This document shows positions 28,787 to 39,284 of a DNA stretch of 64,000 nucleotides, one piece after another (the first letter of the stretch is position 1; the number at the start of each line of letters is the position of its first letter). Source of the stretch: Dehalococcoidia bacterium (GTDB lineage: Bacteria; Chloroflexota; Dehalococcoidia; Lucifugimonadales; UBA3495). The DNA lies in assembly GCA_965237745.1 (NCBI GenBank), contig CBDEGL010000003.1:13470-77469 (forward strand). The letters are read 5' to 3'. The notes beneath the pieces were generated by a model. The model made no database searches. It was not told the origin of the DNA and saw only the letters and a list, made by a program, of their open reading frames with translations. Both the position numbers and the translations under genes were made by a program.

Positions 28787-30055
28787 ATGCACATCATGAT
28801 GTTCACCGAGCGCCCCTACTACGACGTTCCCGAAGACGAGATTATCAAGAACGCCAGCTATTTCGGCATCCCCAACGAACATTTCAACCCGGAAGTAGGC
28901 GGCCAACTCTACAACTCCTATTTCGATGAGGCCGTCTACGCTGAAGAGAAGGGCTTCGACGGCGTGATGCTCAACGAGCACCATGGCACGCCCTTCTGCA
29001 TGGGCGCCGTGATGAACATTGAGGCGGCGGTGCTGGCCCGGATTACCGAGCGAGTCAAGATTGTGCTGTTGGGCAACCCGCTGCCGGTGGCCGATCCGCT
29101 GCGCCTAGCCGAAGAGCTGGCGATGATAGACATGATTTCCGGCGGGCGGCTGGTGCCCGGCTGGGTCAGGGGCGCGGGCAGCGAGTCGATTTACAACAAC
29201 GCCAATCCCGCCTACAACCGGGAGCTTTTCAACGAGGCCCACGATTTCGTAATCAAGGCGTGGACTACCCCCGGCCCCTTCCGCTTCGAGGGCAAGCACT
29301 ACCACTACCGCCACGTAAACCCGTGGGTGCTGCCGGTGCAGAAGCCCCATCCCCAGATGTGGATACCGGGGTTGGTCAGTCAGGAGACGGTGGTCTGGTG
29401 CGCCCGCCACCGCTATCCCTACCTGGCCTTGGGCACTTTCCTGGAGCCGACCCTGGAGATGGTGAAGCTGTACCGGGATACGGCTGCCGAGGAGGGGTAC
29501 GAGTCCGGGCCGGAGAATTTCGGTTACTTGCAGCGGGTAGTGGTGGCCGAGACCGAGGAGAAGGCCCAGGAATTGGGCCGCGCCTTCATGTACGGCGGCG
29601 GCATCAACGCCTTCGCCCGGCCCGAGTGGATGTTCCCGCCGGGCTATAACTCGAAAGCTGCCACCCGCCGACTGGCCCGGGTCTCCGTAGACCCTAACAG
29701 CGGCGATGAAGCGCTGGTCCTGAAGCCAGCTGATACTCCGGAAGGAATAGAAGCCAACCGGAACCAGATTTACGGACGGTTCCAAGCCGAGCAGGACAAC
29801 TTGCAACTCATCTGCGGCACGCCGGATACCGTTATCCCCAAAATTCGGCATATATTGGAAACGGTCCGCCCCGGCATATTCTCCCTGTGGCACCACCACG
29901 GCCCGGTCAGCCACGAAGACCGGATGACCAGCATCCGGCTGCTGGGCGACGAGGTGCTGCCCGCCATGCGCAGCATCGCCGACGAACTGGGACTGCCCGG
30001 CCCCTACGAACGCCTCCCCGGTTCCCGCCCCTTGGCGGCGCCGGTATCGGGCTGA
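28787..30055 (+). CDS. LLM-class flavin-dependent oxidoreductase (luciferase-like monooxygenase)
   Basis: GFDGVMLNEHH, PLRLAEELAMIDMISGGRL, PVQKPHP, CGTPDTV. Confidence 0.93.
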   Translation: MHIMMFTERPYYDVPEDEIIKNASYFGIPNEHFNPEVGGQLYNSYFDEAVYAEEKGFDGVMLNEHHGTPFCMGAVMNIEAAVLARITERVKIVLLGNPLPVADPLRLAEELAMIDMISGGRLVPGWVRGAGSESIYNNANPAYNRELFNEAHDFVIKAWTTPGPFRFEGKHYHYRHVNPWVLPVQKPHPQMWIPGLVSQETVVWCARHRYPYLALGTFLEPTLEMVKLYRDTAAEEGYESGPENFGYLQRVVVAETEEKAQELGRAFMYGGGINAFARPEWMFPPGYNSKAATRRLARVSVDPNSGDEALVLKPADTPEGIEANRNQIYGRFQAEQDNLQLICGTPDTVIPKIRHILETVRPGIFSLWHHHGPVSHEDRMTSIRLLGDEVLPAMRSIADELGLPGPYERLPGSRPLAAPVSG

Positions 30056-30247
30056 CCACTTTTCTCGGTTCCGTTCGCTTCTGATTGATACCTATGATAC
30101 CGCGCGGTTCCCCCCAAACCGCAATCAGTCAAAAGCGAACGGAAACCTCTCCGGACGCAAAAGCCCATGTAATCACCCAAAGCGTCGCCAAGCTCTGAGC
30201 GATGCCGGATGGCTTCGTCCAACAACACGAACCGGCCCCGGTAAACC

Positions 30248-30900
30248 CTACTTGGGCAGGCTGCAAACGTCCAGGGCGGTAAGGGCCAGAACTTTGGCGA
30301 CCTGCTCCATGTCGCTGATACGGCTATATTCGTCGGGGATGGTAGCCGATTCCGAGCCGCCTGGGCCATACAGCAGGCAGGGGACGCCGGCCCGCCACAG
30401 ATGGCAGGTATCGTCGCCGGTGTAGGAGCCGGGCAGTACCGTTCCCACGCCGTCGGGTTCTCGCCCTGTAACCGTGCGGTACTGCCTTAAGACGGCGTCC
30501 AGGATGTACTGGTCTTTGGGCAGGTCGAAAGGCTCCATCACGACGGTGGACACCCGGTGTTTCGGGTCGGGTGGCATCTCAATCTCGTATTGGAAGTCGG
30601 GGTCATCCGCCTTGATTTGGTCGAGAGCGTTTTCGATGTCCGCTTTGACCGACGCGGAGGTCATGCCCGGCAGGAAACGGACATCCACCAGCACGGTGCA
30701 GAAGTCGGAGACGAAGTTGGGGCCGCGTAGGTCGATAATCGCGCCGACGTTTATCCGCGGGAGACCGGGCAGGTCATCGCGCGGGGTGTAGGTGAATTTC
30801 ACGCCGTCGATGGCGGGAACGGCTTTGCACATCTTGGCGATGGCGTCAACGGCCTCCTCCTTGCGGCTGATGTGCCGGGAGTTGCCCAGGACGTGAACCG
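30248..30900 (-). pseudogene. M20/ArgE-family amidohydrolase, C-terminal part only
   Basis: INVGAI...DVRFLPG...GDDTCHL...LLYGPG...PDEY; 5' end replaced by an IS21 remnant. Confidence 0.75.
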
Positions 30901-31042
30901 CCATCTCCAGACCGGATCCTGGAGGATGACTCAGGCGTCCCAAGAAGCAGCGCCACACTGCCAAGCGCATATTCGAGCGGCTCATGGTGACGTCCAGCGA
31001 AAGTGTCCGCCCACGAGGTCCACTTTAGCGCCGCCGATTACA
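30900..31042. mobile_element. IS21 remnant (istA piece and left end)
   Basis: GACCGGATCCTGGAGGATGAC...AAGCGCATATTCGAG; terminus GCCGCCGATTACA at 31042. Confidence 0.7.
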
Positions 31043-31156
31043 CGGACTGGGGTCGCGATTATTCTAGGGTCGTCGCCACTAAGGTCTTGGGAGCGCAACT
31101 GGGTCAGGTTGCCATCTGGCTATGCTCCGTGCAGAAACTGCACTTTCTATGCACCC

Positions 31157-31717
31157 CTACCTGGCCGCCTGTTGGGTGGTCCAACGGCTGACCTCCAGGC
31201 GCTTGGCCAGTTCCCGCTGGTTCACTCCCTTTGACCGCTCCATCTGGATGTACTCCCGTTGCTGCTCGCTCAGGCTGGGCCGCCGGCCGGGGAAACGGCC
31301 CTCGGCCCGCGCCTTCGCCTGGCCCGCGACCGAGCGATCCCTGATCGAGTTCCGCCACCACTCGCTGAAGGCGAGCACCATCGAGAGCTGGAGCTTGCCG
31401 GTGGACGTGGCCGTGTCGAAGTCTTCCGCCAGGGACCGAAACTCCACTCCCGCCAGGTGCAGACCCTCGATCACCTGCAGCCCGTAGGTCAGCCCCCTGG
31501 AGAGCCGGTCGATGTGGGTGACCACCAGGGTGTCGCCCTCGGCCACCAGGTCCAGCAGTTCCAGGAGGCCGCCGCGGTCGTTCTTGGCCCCGCTGGCCTC
31601 CTCGGCTCGAATATTGCCCATGGCGCAGCCGGAGCGGACCAGCCGCTCCACCTGCAGGTCCAGGTTCTTGTCCTCGGGCTCTCTCACCGAGACCCTGGCA
31701 TAGCCGTACAGCGTCAT
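31157..31717 (-). CDS. Serine recombinase (resolvase/invertase) with C-terminal HTH
   Basis: YGYARVS, GDTLVVTHIDRLSR, GRFPGRRP, NQRELAKRLEVSRWT. Confidence 0.92.
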   Translation of the reverse strand: MTLYGYARVSVREPEDKNLDLQVERLVRSGCAMGNIRAEEASGAKNDRGGLLELLDLVAEGDTLVVTHIDRLSRGLTYGLQVIEGLHLAGVEFRSLAEDFDTATSTGKLQLSMVLAFSEWWRNSIRDRSVAGQAKARAEGRFPGRRPSLSEQQREYIQMERSKGVNQRELAKRLEVSRWTTQQAAR

Positions 31718-31722
31718 CCTGC

Positions 31723-31925
31723 TCTACCCCTGGCTGGAATACCTGAAGTATGACTTTCTGCCAGGGGCCTTGCAACTGGGTTTTCCAGCCACCCCTTCAG
31801 CTATGGGGAGTGGGGATTTACAGCCATGGCTGTAAACAGGGGCTGTAAACAGGGCTGTTTCCAGCCATGGCGGGCGGGTGCGGCCTGGTCAGAGTTGCAG
31901 ACTCGGCGATCATGCGGTAGGGACG
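31723..31925. repeat. Putative res/regulatory region; inverted homologue at about 55410-55602
   Basis: Shared GGAATACCTGAAGTATG, TTCCAGCCACCCCTTCAGCTA and palindrome TTTACAGCCATGGCTGTAAA. Confidence 0.7.
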
Positions 31926-32258
31926 GCGTTCCGGGAGCGCCGTTGACATCTGGCCGTAGCGCGGAAGTATCCACCGCTGGCATGATTGAACAGTCGCTGA
32001 CCAACGGCGACGCCAGCCGACCCGACCAACCGGGCGGTCGTCTTTTTTGCCATGAGCCTTTGAGGACTTGCCGCCGACTCCGGAACATGTGGCTGAACCA
32101 AGGTGCATCAGCCGTAATTGTCGGCGAAGACCCCGGTCCAGAGAAACGTACCGGGCCGCCACGCTTGGGGGGGCCCAATGCGTATAATTGCCAACATCTC
32201 CCACACCGGATCCCATCCAAGACACTGTTCGCTTGAACAGACCGAGGACGAGGCAACC

Positions 32259-33854
32259 ATGACCTCACAGAACCACATCGAAATCCGCCTGGCCGAACTC
32301 CTCAAGGAAATCAAGGACGGGGACCAATGGCAGGTGGGCTACCCAGGCAACCAGAACTTCGACTACTCCCCTCTCATACCATTCCTCAGCCACTGCCTCA
32401 ACAACATCGGAGACCCCTTCCACCAGACCCACTACCGGGGCAACACTCACCAGTTTGAGCGAGAGGTCATCCTCCATTTCGCCCAACTCACCGGACTGGA
32501 TTCCGACGACGCCTGGGGCTACGTCACCTCGGGCGGCACCGAGGGCAACATGTACGGCCTCTACCTGGCCCGGGAACTCCATCCCGAGGGTATGCTCTAC
32601 TTCTCCGAGGAAGCCCACTATTCGATCCTCAAGATTGCCCGCATCCTCAACATGCCTCACACCACCGTCAAACGACGTACCGACGGCGAGATCGACTACG
32701 ACGACCTCCGGGACATGCTGACCGTCCATCGGGACCGTCCCGCCATCATCCTGGCCACCATCGGCACCACCATGCGCGGCGCCGTGGACGACATCCCCGC
32801 GATCCGGCAAATCATTGACGAGCTGGACATCGCGGAACACTACATTCACGCGGACGCAGCGCTCAGCGGCATGATCCTGCCCTACGTGGATGACCCACAG
32901 CCTTTCGGGTTCGACGCCGGCATCGACAGCATCTCCATCAGCGGCCACAAACTCATCGGCGCACCCCTGCCCTGCGGTATCGTTCTCACCCGCAAACACC
33001 TGGTTGAAATCCTGGGCAGGGCCGTGGAACTCGTCGGCGTCAACGACACCACCCTGTCCGGTTCCCGCAACGGCCTGACCCCGCTCATGCTCTGGTACGC
33101 CATCAACCGTTACGGCGAACATGAATGGAGAGAAACCGTCGGCGGCATGCTCAACGTTGCCGAGTACGCCGTGAAACGGTTCAATGAACACGGCATCAAC
33201 GCATGGCGACACCGGAACTCTCCAACTGTTGTATTCGACCGACCCTCGCAGGAAGCCTTCGACAAATGGCAGATTGCCCCCGAGGGCGAAGTGGCCCACA
33301 TCATCACCATGCCCCACGTGGATTTCGAAACCATCGACCGGCTGGTCGAAGACTGCATCAGCCCCCGTCCCGAACTGCCGCAGGTACACGATCTCCAGCC
33401 AGTGGAAACCGGCCTGCCGGCTCAGGAGCAACCGACGGAGCCCGCTCACGCAACAACGATGCAGCGCATCGTGATCATGGCCGAAAATCGCATCGGGACC
33501 ATTGCCCGGATTGCCGGCACCCTGGCCGAGAGCGGAGTGAACCTCAACAGCATCGCGACCGAGAACGAGGGACAGCACGGAGTGGTGATCATCACCACCG
33601 ACCGGACGGACCACGCCCTTGCGATCCTCAACCAAGCCGGCTTCAAGGCAGTCGCTGACGAAGCTGTACTGGTCCAGCTGGCGGACCAAGCCGGAGCCCT
33701 GGCCAACCTAGCCGGCGAACTCAAGGACGCCGGCCTCAGCATCAGGACTTTCCACATCATCGAACGCCGGGATGACTACGCGACCGCGGCCATCACCACC
33801 GATGACCAGGAAAAGGCCAAGACGGCCCTGGCCAACCGCTATACCGTAATATAA
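32259..33854 (+). CDS. PLP-dependent histidine/serine-decarboxylase-family protein fused to C-terminal tandem ACT domains
   Basis: GYP...FDY, WGYVTSGGTEGN, HADAALSGMILP, SGHK, SGSRNG; tail ENRIGTIARIAGTLAESGVNL and DQAGALANLAGELKDAGLSI. Confidence 0.88.
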   Translation: MTSQNHIEIRLAELLKEIKDGDQWQVGYPGNQNFDYSPLIPFLSHCLNNIGDPFHQTHYRGNTHQFEREVILHFAQLTGLDSDDAWGYVTSGGTEGNMYGLYLARELHPEGMLYFSEEAHYSILKIARILNMPHTTVKRRTDGEIDYDDLRDMLTVHRDRPAIILATIGTTMRGAVDDIPAIRQIIDELDIAEHYIHADAALSGMILPYVDDPQPFGFDAGIDSISISGHKLIGAPLPCGIVLTRKHLVEILGRAVELVGVNDTTLSGSRNGLTPLMLWYAINRYGEHEWRETVGGMLNVAEYAVKRFNEHGINAWRHRNSPTVVFDRPSQEAFDKWQIAPEGEVAHIITMPHVDFETIDRLVEDCISPRPELPQVHDLQPVETGLPAQEQPTEPAHATTMQRIVIMAENRIGTIARIAGTLAESGVNLNSIATENEGQHGVVIITTDRTDHALAILNQAGFKAVADEAVLVQLADQAGALANLAGELKDAGLSIRTFHIIERRDDYATAAITTDDQEKAKTALANRYTVI

Positions 33855-34249
33855 GCACACCGCTGCGCCAGGGCGCAGCGGTCTTGCCAGCCCAGCCGTT
33901 CACGACCCAGAACTATACCCAGGACACGACGCCAAAGCGTACAGACTCCGTGCGTGGATACATGACCACATGGGAAACCACGCAACCGCCGAGCGGGACC
34001 TGCAATTAGCCAAGTGTTGGGTCGGACAATGGTGTCCGTCCGAAGTGACGGTCACGGGCAACGATTCAGGAATAGCAGGCCAACCCGTCAATGGTGTCGA
34101 GAAGTTGGGCCACTGGGGTGTCGCTGTTCAGGATAAGGCAATCGTCTTGATAAGGGGCATTTAACGGACTTTTATGGGACCGTCTAACAATCGGGCGGTC
34201 ATGCCGCCAGCTGCACCCATCAGACTGATTTCCGGAGGTCGTCCCGGTA

Positions 34250-35250
34250 ATAACGAGCGACGGCGCCCCTGCCGCCTGGGCCTCGGTGTACCTGGCTGGC
34301 ATCGTGGGACTCTCCCATCTTCCGGCGGTCATCAGCTCCGGCAGCTCCGCCCCCGCGGCGCTCAGGTCCTGCGCCATGCCCACCCGGGGGGAGTGGGCGC
34401 TGAACCCTTCGCCTAGGCCAGCCATCTTGGTCGCCGCCTTGATCCTACGGGAGATCTGGCCGGCCGACAGCCCGAAGACCCTGGTGCCCGGGTCGATCAG
34501 CGCCTCCTGGGGCCGGATGGCCAGCAGGGACTCCACCGCCGCGGGACCCGGGTAGAGCACCGCGCCCTCCGCTATCTGGTCGGTCCTGGACCTCAGGACG
34601 TGCAGCCGGCCCGAGCCGTCCTCGTGGAACTCCAGGTCGCCCCACCGGAGCACCGAGGTTTCGGAGCGGCGCAGCAGGCCGTCCCGCATCACCTCCAGGA
34701 GGGCCAGGTCCACTGCGGCACGCCTGGCCGCCTGAACCTCGGTCTCCTTGCGCCGGCGCTTGCCCTGGTCGACCCGCTGGATCCGGGCGGTGGCCTTCAC
34801 TGCGGCCAAAGCCTCGCTGGTCAGACCCTTGGCCTGCTTCCTGGGTTTCCCGTATTCCTTGGCCAGCCGTTTCGTGGTGACTTTGACGAGCGGCCGCGTG
34901 GTCGGGTCCTCGTGTCCGCCCAAGCGGTGGGCCGCGGCGATCGCCGCCAGGCGCATACGCGCGGTGGCCAGCGTCTTGCCCTCCGTCTCCACCAGGTGCT
35001 CCAGGTAACGGCCGACGTCGGCCGGACCTGCCGGCAGGCCGGCGCACCGGTGCTCGAGGCACCAGCTGGTGAAGTGCTTCCAGCCTACGACGTAGGCCCG
35101 CCTGGTGTTGGGTGACCAACTGCGGGCCTCTGCCCTGGCGTCGGCCAGGACGTCGGCATCGGCCGGTGAGGTGGGCGCTCCCTCCGGAGGCGTCGGCAGG
35201 AGCGCCGGCGTTTCCCGGGAAACGGACGAGATTTCAGTTCTGGTTGTCAT
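34250..35250 (-). CDS. Cre-like tyrosine recombinase (3' end probably frameshifted)
   Basis: SPNTRRAY..W..F..WC; GLLRRSE; RSRTDQ; SAHSPRVG; AGRWESPTMPARY. Confidence 0.82.
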
Positions 35251-35323
35251 GGTCTTCCCATTGAAGGGGATCACAGGTTCAACCTCGCGCAAGGCCCATT
35301 ATGGTTAGTTCTGAAATCCGGGT

Positions 35324-35795
35324 CTAGTTGTCGCGTCCCATCTCGAGGATGCGGGCGTGCGCCGGAAGCGTCTTTCCGCTCTTTTCCAGGGCCTCTTCGA
35401 CCTGCGCAAGATCATGCACGTATATCTCAGCTCGGTTCTCGAATACGTTGATGCCGGATGCCGCTTGAAACCCCAGTCCCCTGACTACCAAGCCAGCTTC
35501 TCGCTGGGCTCGCTTCAATTCCTCGAGGGTTGCATCGACGGTTCTGACTTCGATAATGTCCACCAATGGCCCGTCCTGGACATACTTGGCGATTGTCTCC
35601 TCCCCGTCCCGGGTGAACGCTGCCACTACACGGTACTCTGGTTCGTGCTGAATCCAGAAACCTCCGAGGGTGTCGGCCTCGTTGGATTCGAGAGTGGCCC
35701 CCAGCTTCCCGATTGGGTCTTGCAGCGTTAGCCGCCTGATTGCCTCCGACAACTCAACGCCTTGATCTGCGGCGTACATCTGGGCATCTTGCGCC
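35324..35795 (-). CDS. Hypothetical protein (protease prodomain-like, 5' end possibly lost)
   Basis: DAQMYAADQGVELSEAIRRL...GGFWIQHEPEYRVV. Confidence 0.45.
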
Positions 35796-35859
35796 ATTAA
35801 CGGACATTTCCTGCACGCCCCCAGCTCATGGCGAACCGGGTGCTTGCAGCGGGTAGGTG

Positions 35860-36150
35860 TGGTGTAGGTCAGCTCAGCCACTTGAGGGTCTCGTCGGCTG
35901 CCTAGCCCCGGGTGTAGCGCGCGATCAAGTCTCCGTGCCGCCATCGCCCTGGTGCTGGATCACTGCGGTGGGCGCTTCTGCGACGACCATCCCCCTGGCC
36001 ACACCGATGCGGCCGCTGTGTCCGGAGAAACCATCGCCCAGGCCTGCGGCCCTGGCTGCGTCCCTTACCCGGTTGGCCAGGGTCTCGCCGGTCAGGCCGA
36101 ACACCGAGGCCTCCGAGACGGGGTGTTCGGCCCCGTCCGGCTGAATCTCG
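35860..36150 (-). pseudogene. Cre-like tyrosine recombinase C-terminal remnant
   Basis: GFSGHSGRIGVARGMVVA...QGRWRHGDLIARYTRG with frameshifts and a stop. Confidence 0.7.
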
Positions 36151-36308
36151 CGCAGGGCGCGGGAGGATGGCTCGAGGGAACTTTGAATCTGAAAGTTCCC
36201 ATTTCCGGCCCACTGGCCGGCTCAGGTGCCTTGGTCTCAGATTCGCGCTGTGGCTCGGAGAGGGGGGCAGCTTGCCCGAATGGGAACTTTTGGTGTAAAA
36301 GTTCCCAT

Positions 36309-36744
36309 ATGACGATTCCTCACTACTGGAATCCCCAGCAGGTCGAGCGGCTCCTGGACTCCCTGGCGGCCCTGGGCATTCGCCGCGCCGGGGTGGCGGC
36401 GCTCATCATGTGGCGATCCGGGCTGCGTGTCGGCGAGACCGTGGCTCTGGAATGGCGGGACATAGACGTCACGGCCGGCACCCTGCTGGTCCGCCGCGGC
36501 AAGGGCGGCAGGGGCCGTACCGTTCCGCTGCACCCGGACCTGGCCAGCCTGTTCGCCAACTGGCCCACGTCCTACGGTCCGCGGGACCTGGTTGTCGGAC
36601 TGACCCGGAAGACGGCCCTGCGGCATCTGCGGGCTGGCATCGAGCATGCCGGCTTGGATGAGGAGTCGCCCGGGACCGGGCGCCAGAGAGCCGGGGCCCA
36701 TAGCCTGCGTCACAGTGCGGCGCGTCATTGGCTGACCACCGCGG
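36309..36744 (+). pseudogene. XerD-like tyrosine recombinase truncated by an IS21 end at 36745
   Basis: SGLRVGE, RRGKGGRGRTVPL, AHSLRHSAARHWL, then TGTCAATGGCG; catalytic Tyr missing. Confidence 0.82.
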
Positions 36745-36831
36745 TGTCAATGGCGCCCGCAATCTCTACCTCACCGGCGTGTCGCGGGTCCCAACCTGGG
36801 ATCGGCAGAAGCGTGGATAGAGTTTTGTCAG

Positions 36832-38433
36832 TCACTCTTTTAAACCGCTCCTTCTGTGTTCCGTCGCACCAGTCTCCCTTCCTACCGGAAGGGGTAGAGG
36901 TGAGGCAGGGGGGTGATTTGACGAGCGAGACGACGACCGCAGCAACGGCTGGCGGTCCTCTCGAGATAGCAGCTCTGCGTACGGGCCGAGGGCCGCTTCA
37001 AACTTGCGGTGATAGTACTCCGGCAGCTCCTTCAATCTTCCCTCATGAAAGGCCCTGTATTCCCGGTCAGTCTTCATCACCTGCAGAATGCGCTTGTACT
37101 CTCTCTGGATACGCCACGCGCCTTGGGAGCGAAGGGCGTGGAGCACGCGGAGCGGATACCCCGGCGTGGTCAATAACCGCTTCATGACGACCTGCGGAGA
37201 TGCCATGTGTGAATACATATCGACGAGATGCTCGTAGTAGGTGATCGGATCGTAGTTCTTGAGGGTGGTGACGATGTGAGGCGCGTAATAGAAAGCGAAC
37301 GGTATCGACATCAGGATGCGCCCCTCGTCGAGGTACCGGTCGAACAGGGGAGTGCCGCCGAATGGAGTGGGGATATTGATGGTCGGCCACACAAAAGGCG
37401 CGCGCGACATGAATTCCTTGGTCAACTCGGCTGGTCTGTTTCCTTCGTCCACGTCCAGCCCGAATATCAGATTGGCCTGCATCCCGGGCACGTACTCGCG
37501 GATCAGCCGGAAATGGTCGATTACCTGGTTCAGCTTGATCTCATCAGACTGTTTCGACCCGACGCCGGACTTGTTCGAGTATGCGGACCAGGACTCAACT
37601 CCAGGAGCTAAGTAGAGGCACCCGGTGGAGCGCAGCTTTTCCAGTCTGGACGTGCGCAGGATAGATAAGGAGCTCTCCATGATGTAGTAGGTGCGATTTC
37701 CGTGCGGGACCCTCTCTAGGACCGCGAACAGCTCGTCGAACTTTACGGCAAAGTTCGGGTCGTGAAAGCTCACAAGTAGCTTGGGGTGCTTGTCGAAGAT
37801 GAACCGCAGGTCGGCCTCGAGTCTGTCCAAGGGCAGCAAGGCGAACGGGTTGCTCCAATCGATGCAAAAGTCGCAAGCGTAGGGGCACCCGACGCTGGCG
37901 AGCATTGGCACAGTGCTGGATATATAGGGCTTTCCGCCGGAGAAGATCGAGGTCCGGAGTTCCGGCATGCGTTCCTCGACGGTTGGCAGGTCCTTGAGCT
38001 GACGCCCGCTGGTCACCGTCTCTCCCTTCGGCGCCTGCCTCAGGATGTCCTCCACCAGGGTCTTATCGCAATCGAGCACGACCACGTCGAAGAATCGGCG
38101 GCAATCGTCTGGAAAAGACTTCGCGTGTGGGCCGCCGATCACCGTGCGGGCGCCGTCCAGCCGGAAGAGCTTGGCGAGGGCGTAGGCCAGTGCGCTCGCC
38201 TGTGTATAAGTGGAGATAAACACCACGTCCAAATCGTCCGGCAAGAGGGCCTTGGCGTCGCCCTGCCCGTAGTAGGTGGCGTAGAAGGACTCGTGCCCCA
38301 GCTGCCGGCACCATACGCTGACCGCCTGTGGCATGACGCTGGCGTACTGCTTGACGAAGTAGTGAGCGTACGCCGAGTGGCTCCAATGGCTGTTTCTCTC
38401 GGGACGCAGAATCTCCAGAACCCCTATTCGCAT
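36832..38433 (-). CDS. Cobalamin-binding radical SAM protein
   Basis: TVIGGPHA, GCPYACDFC (CxxxCxxC), PGVES, LIFGLD, TPFGGTPLF. Confidence 0.9.
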   Translation of the reverse strand: MRIGVLEILRPERNSHWSHSAYAHYFVKQYASVMPQAVSVWCRQLGHESFYATYYGQGDAKALLPDDLDVVFISTYTQASALAYALAKLFRLDGARTVIGGPHAKSFPDDCRRFFDVVVLDCDKTLVEDILRQAPKGETVTSGRQLKDLPTVEERMPELRTSIFSGGKPYISSTVPMLASVGCPYACDFCIDWSNPFALLPLDRLEADLRFIFDKHPKLLVSFHDPNFAVKFDELFAVLERVPHGNRTYYIMESSLSILRTSRLEKLRSTGCLYLAPGVESWSAYSNKSGVGSKQSDEIKLNQVIDHFRLIREYVPGMQANLIFGLDVDEGNRPAELTKEFMSRAPFVWPTINIPTPFGGTPLFDRYLDEGRILMSIPFAFYYAPHIVTTLKNYDPITYYEHLVDMYSHMASPQVVMKRLLTTPGYPLRVLHALRSQGAWRIQREYKRILQVMKTDREYRAFHEGRLKELPEYYHRKFEAALGPYAELLSREDRQPLLRSSSRSSNHPPASPLPLPVGRETGATEHRRSGLKE

Positions 38434-38642
38434 CGCCGCACTCCGGCCGCCGGCCGCCGAATATGGCGGACCGTAAGCGAATTGGCTGTAGGATCGAAGT
38501 CCATTAGTGGGTTCCTACGGTCGGTGGGCCTGTTTTGACCGTAGGCAGAACCATCTTTGAGATGTGGCTGGGTAGATTGTAACCCTTTCGCCCAAGTCCC
38601 GCGCAGACGGCCATAGGGGAGGTTCGAGCTTGATGGATCTGC

Positions 38643-39284
38643 CTACTCGACCAAGCGGGTCAGAGCCCTTAGTTCTTCGGTGATTGTTTGATCCAGGGTT
38701 AGCTCTTTCGGATCACCCGACCCGCCAATGGAAATAACGAACCAGTATTCCTCCTGGTCGGAGGAACGCTTGCGTTTCACAAACGGCGTGATAAATCCCC
38801 AGGATGCCTTCGGAAGTCGTTCGATCACGTCCGAGGGAGACTCTGTGCATACCACTGGGCCATGGTCCACAACAACCTGTGGCCATAACGTCCACCAAGC
38901 CTTACCGGGCCCCTTCACGGCACTCGTCCGAAAAGCATTGCCGAAGTCGATCCCTAGTTGCTTGGCGAACTGAGATGGATCTTCGATCAGTGTCGTGACA
39001 TCGTAACTCCGGCAGACACTCGCCTGCATACTTTCCATTTTTGTAAGCGACGTTGGGGCGATGGAGGTGCAGAGAATCCAGTACTCCCTCTTGTATGTCA
39101 AGCTGATCTGAGCGTGGTGCGCGCCAGAGAGCGGAGTTTGGCCTGCCTCCCTCTGGAAGATGGCGAAATCAGTGTGCCGCCGAAGGGTCCCTTCCTCCGA
39201 ATCGCCTATTCCACCCCTGTCACTCTCTTCCCAATCCCGGTAGTAGGTAGTGGTGCCCAGTTTGATGTACTTGGAATTGAGCCT
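38643..39284 (-). pseudogene. Hypothetical protein, 5' end removed by IS110
   Basis: Open frame continues upstream of the annotated 152-aa ORF (KYIKLGTTTYYR...GIGDSEEG) up to the IS110 end. Confidence 0.5.

Noticed and set aside
35952-37187. 411-aa integrase
   Set aside because: Only 36309-36744 is recombinase-like; the flanks are chance open frame across an IS21 end.
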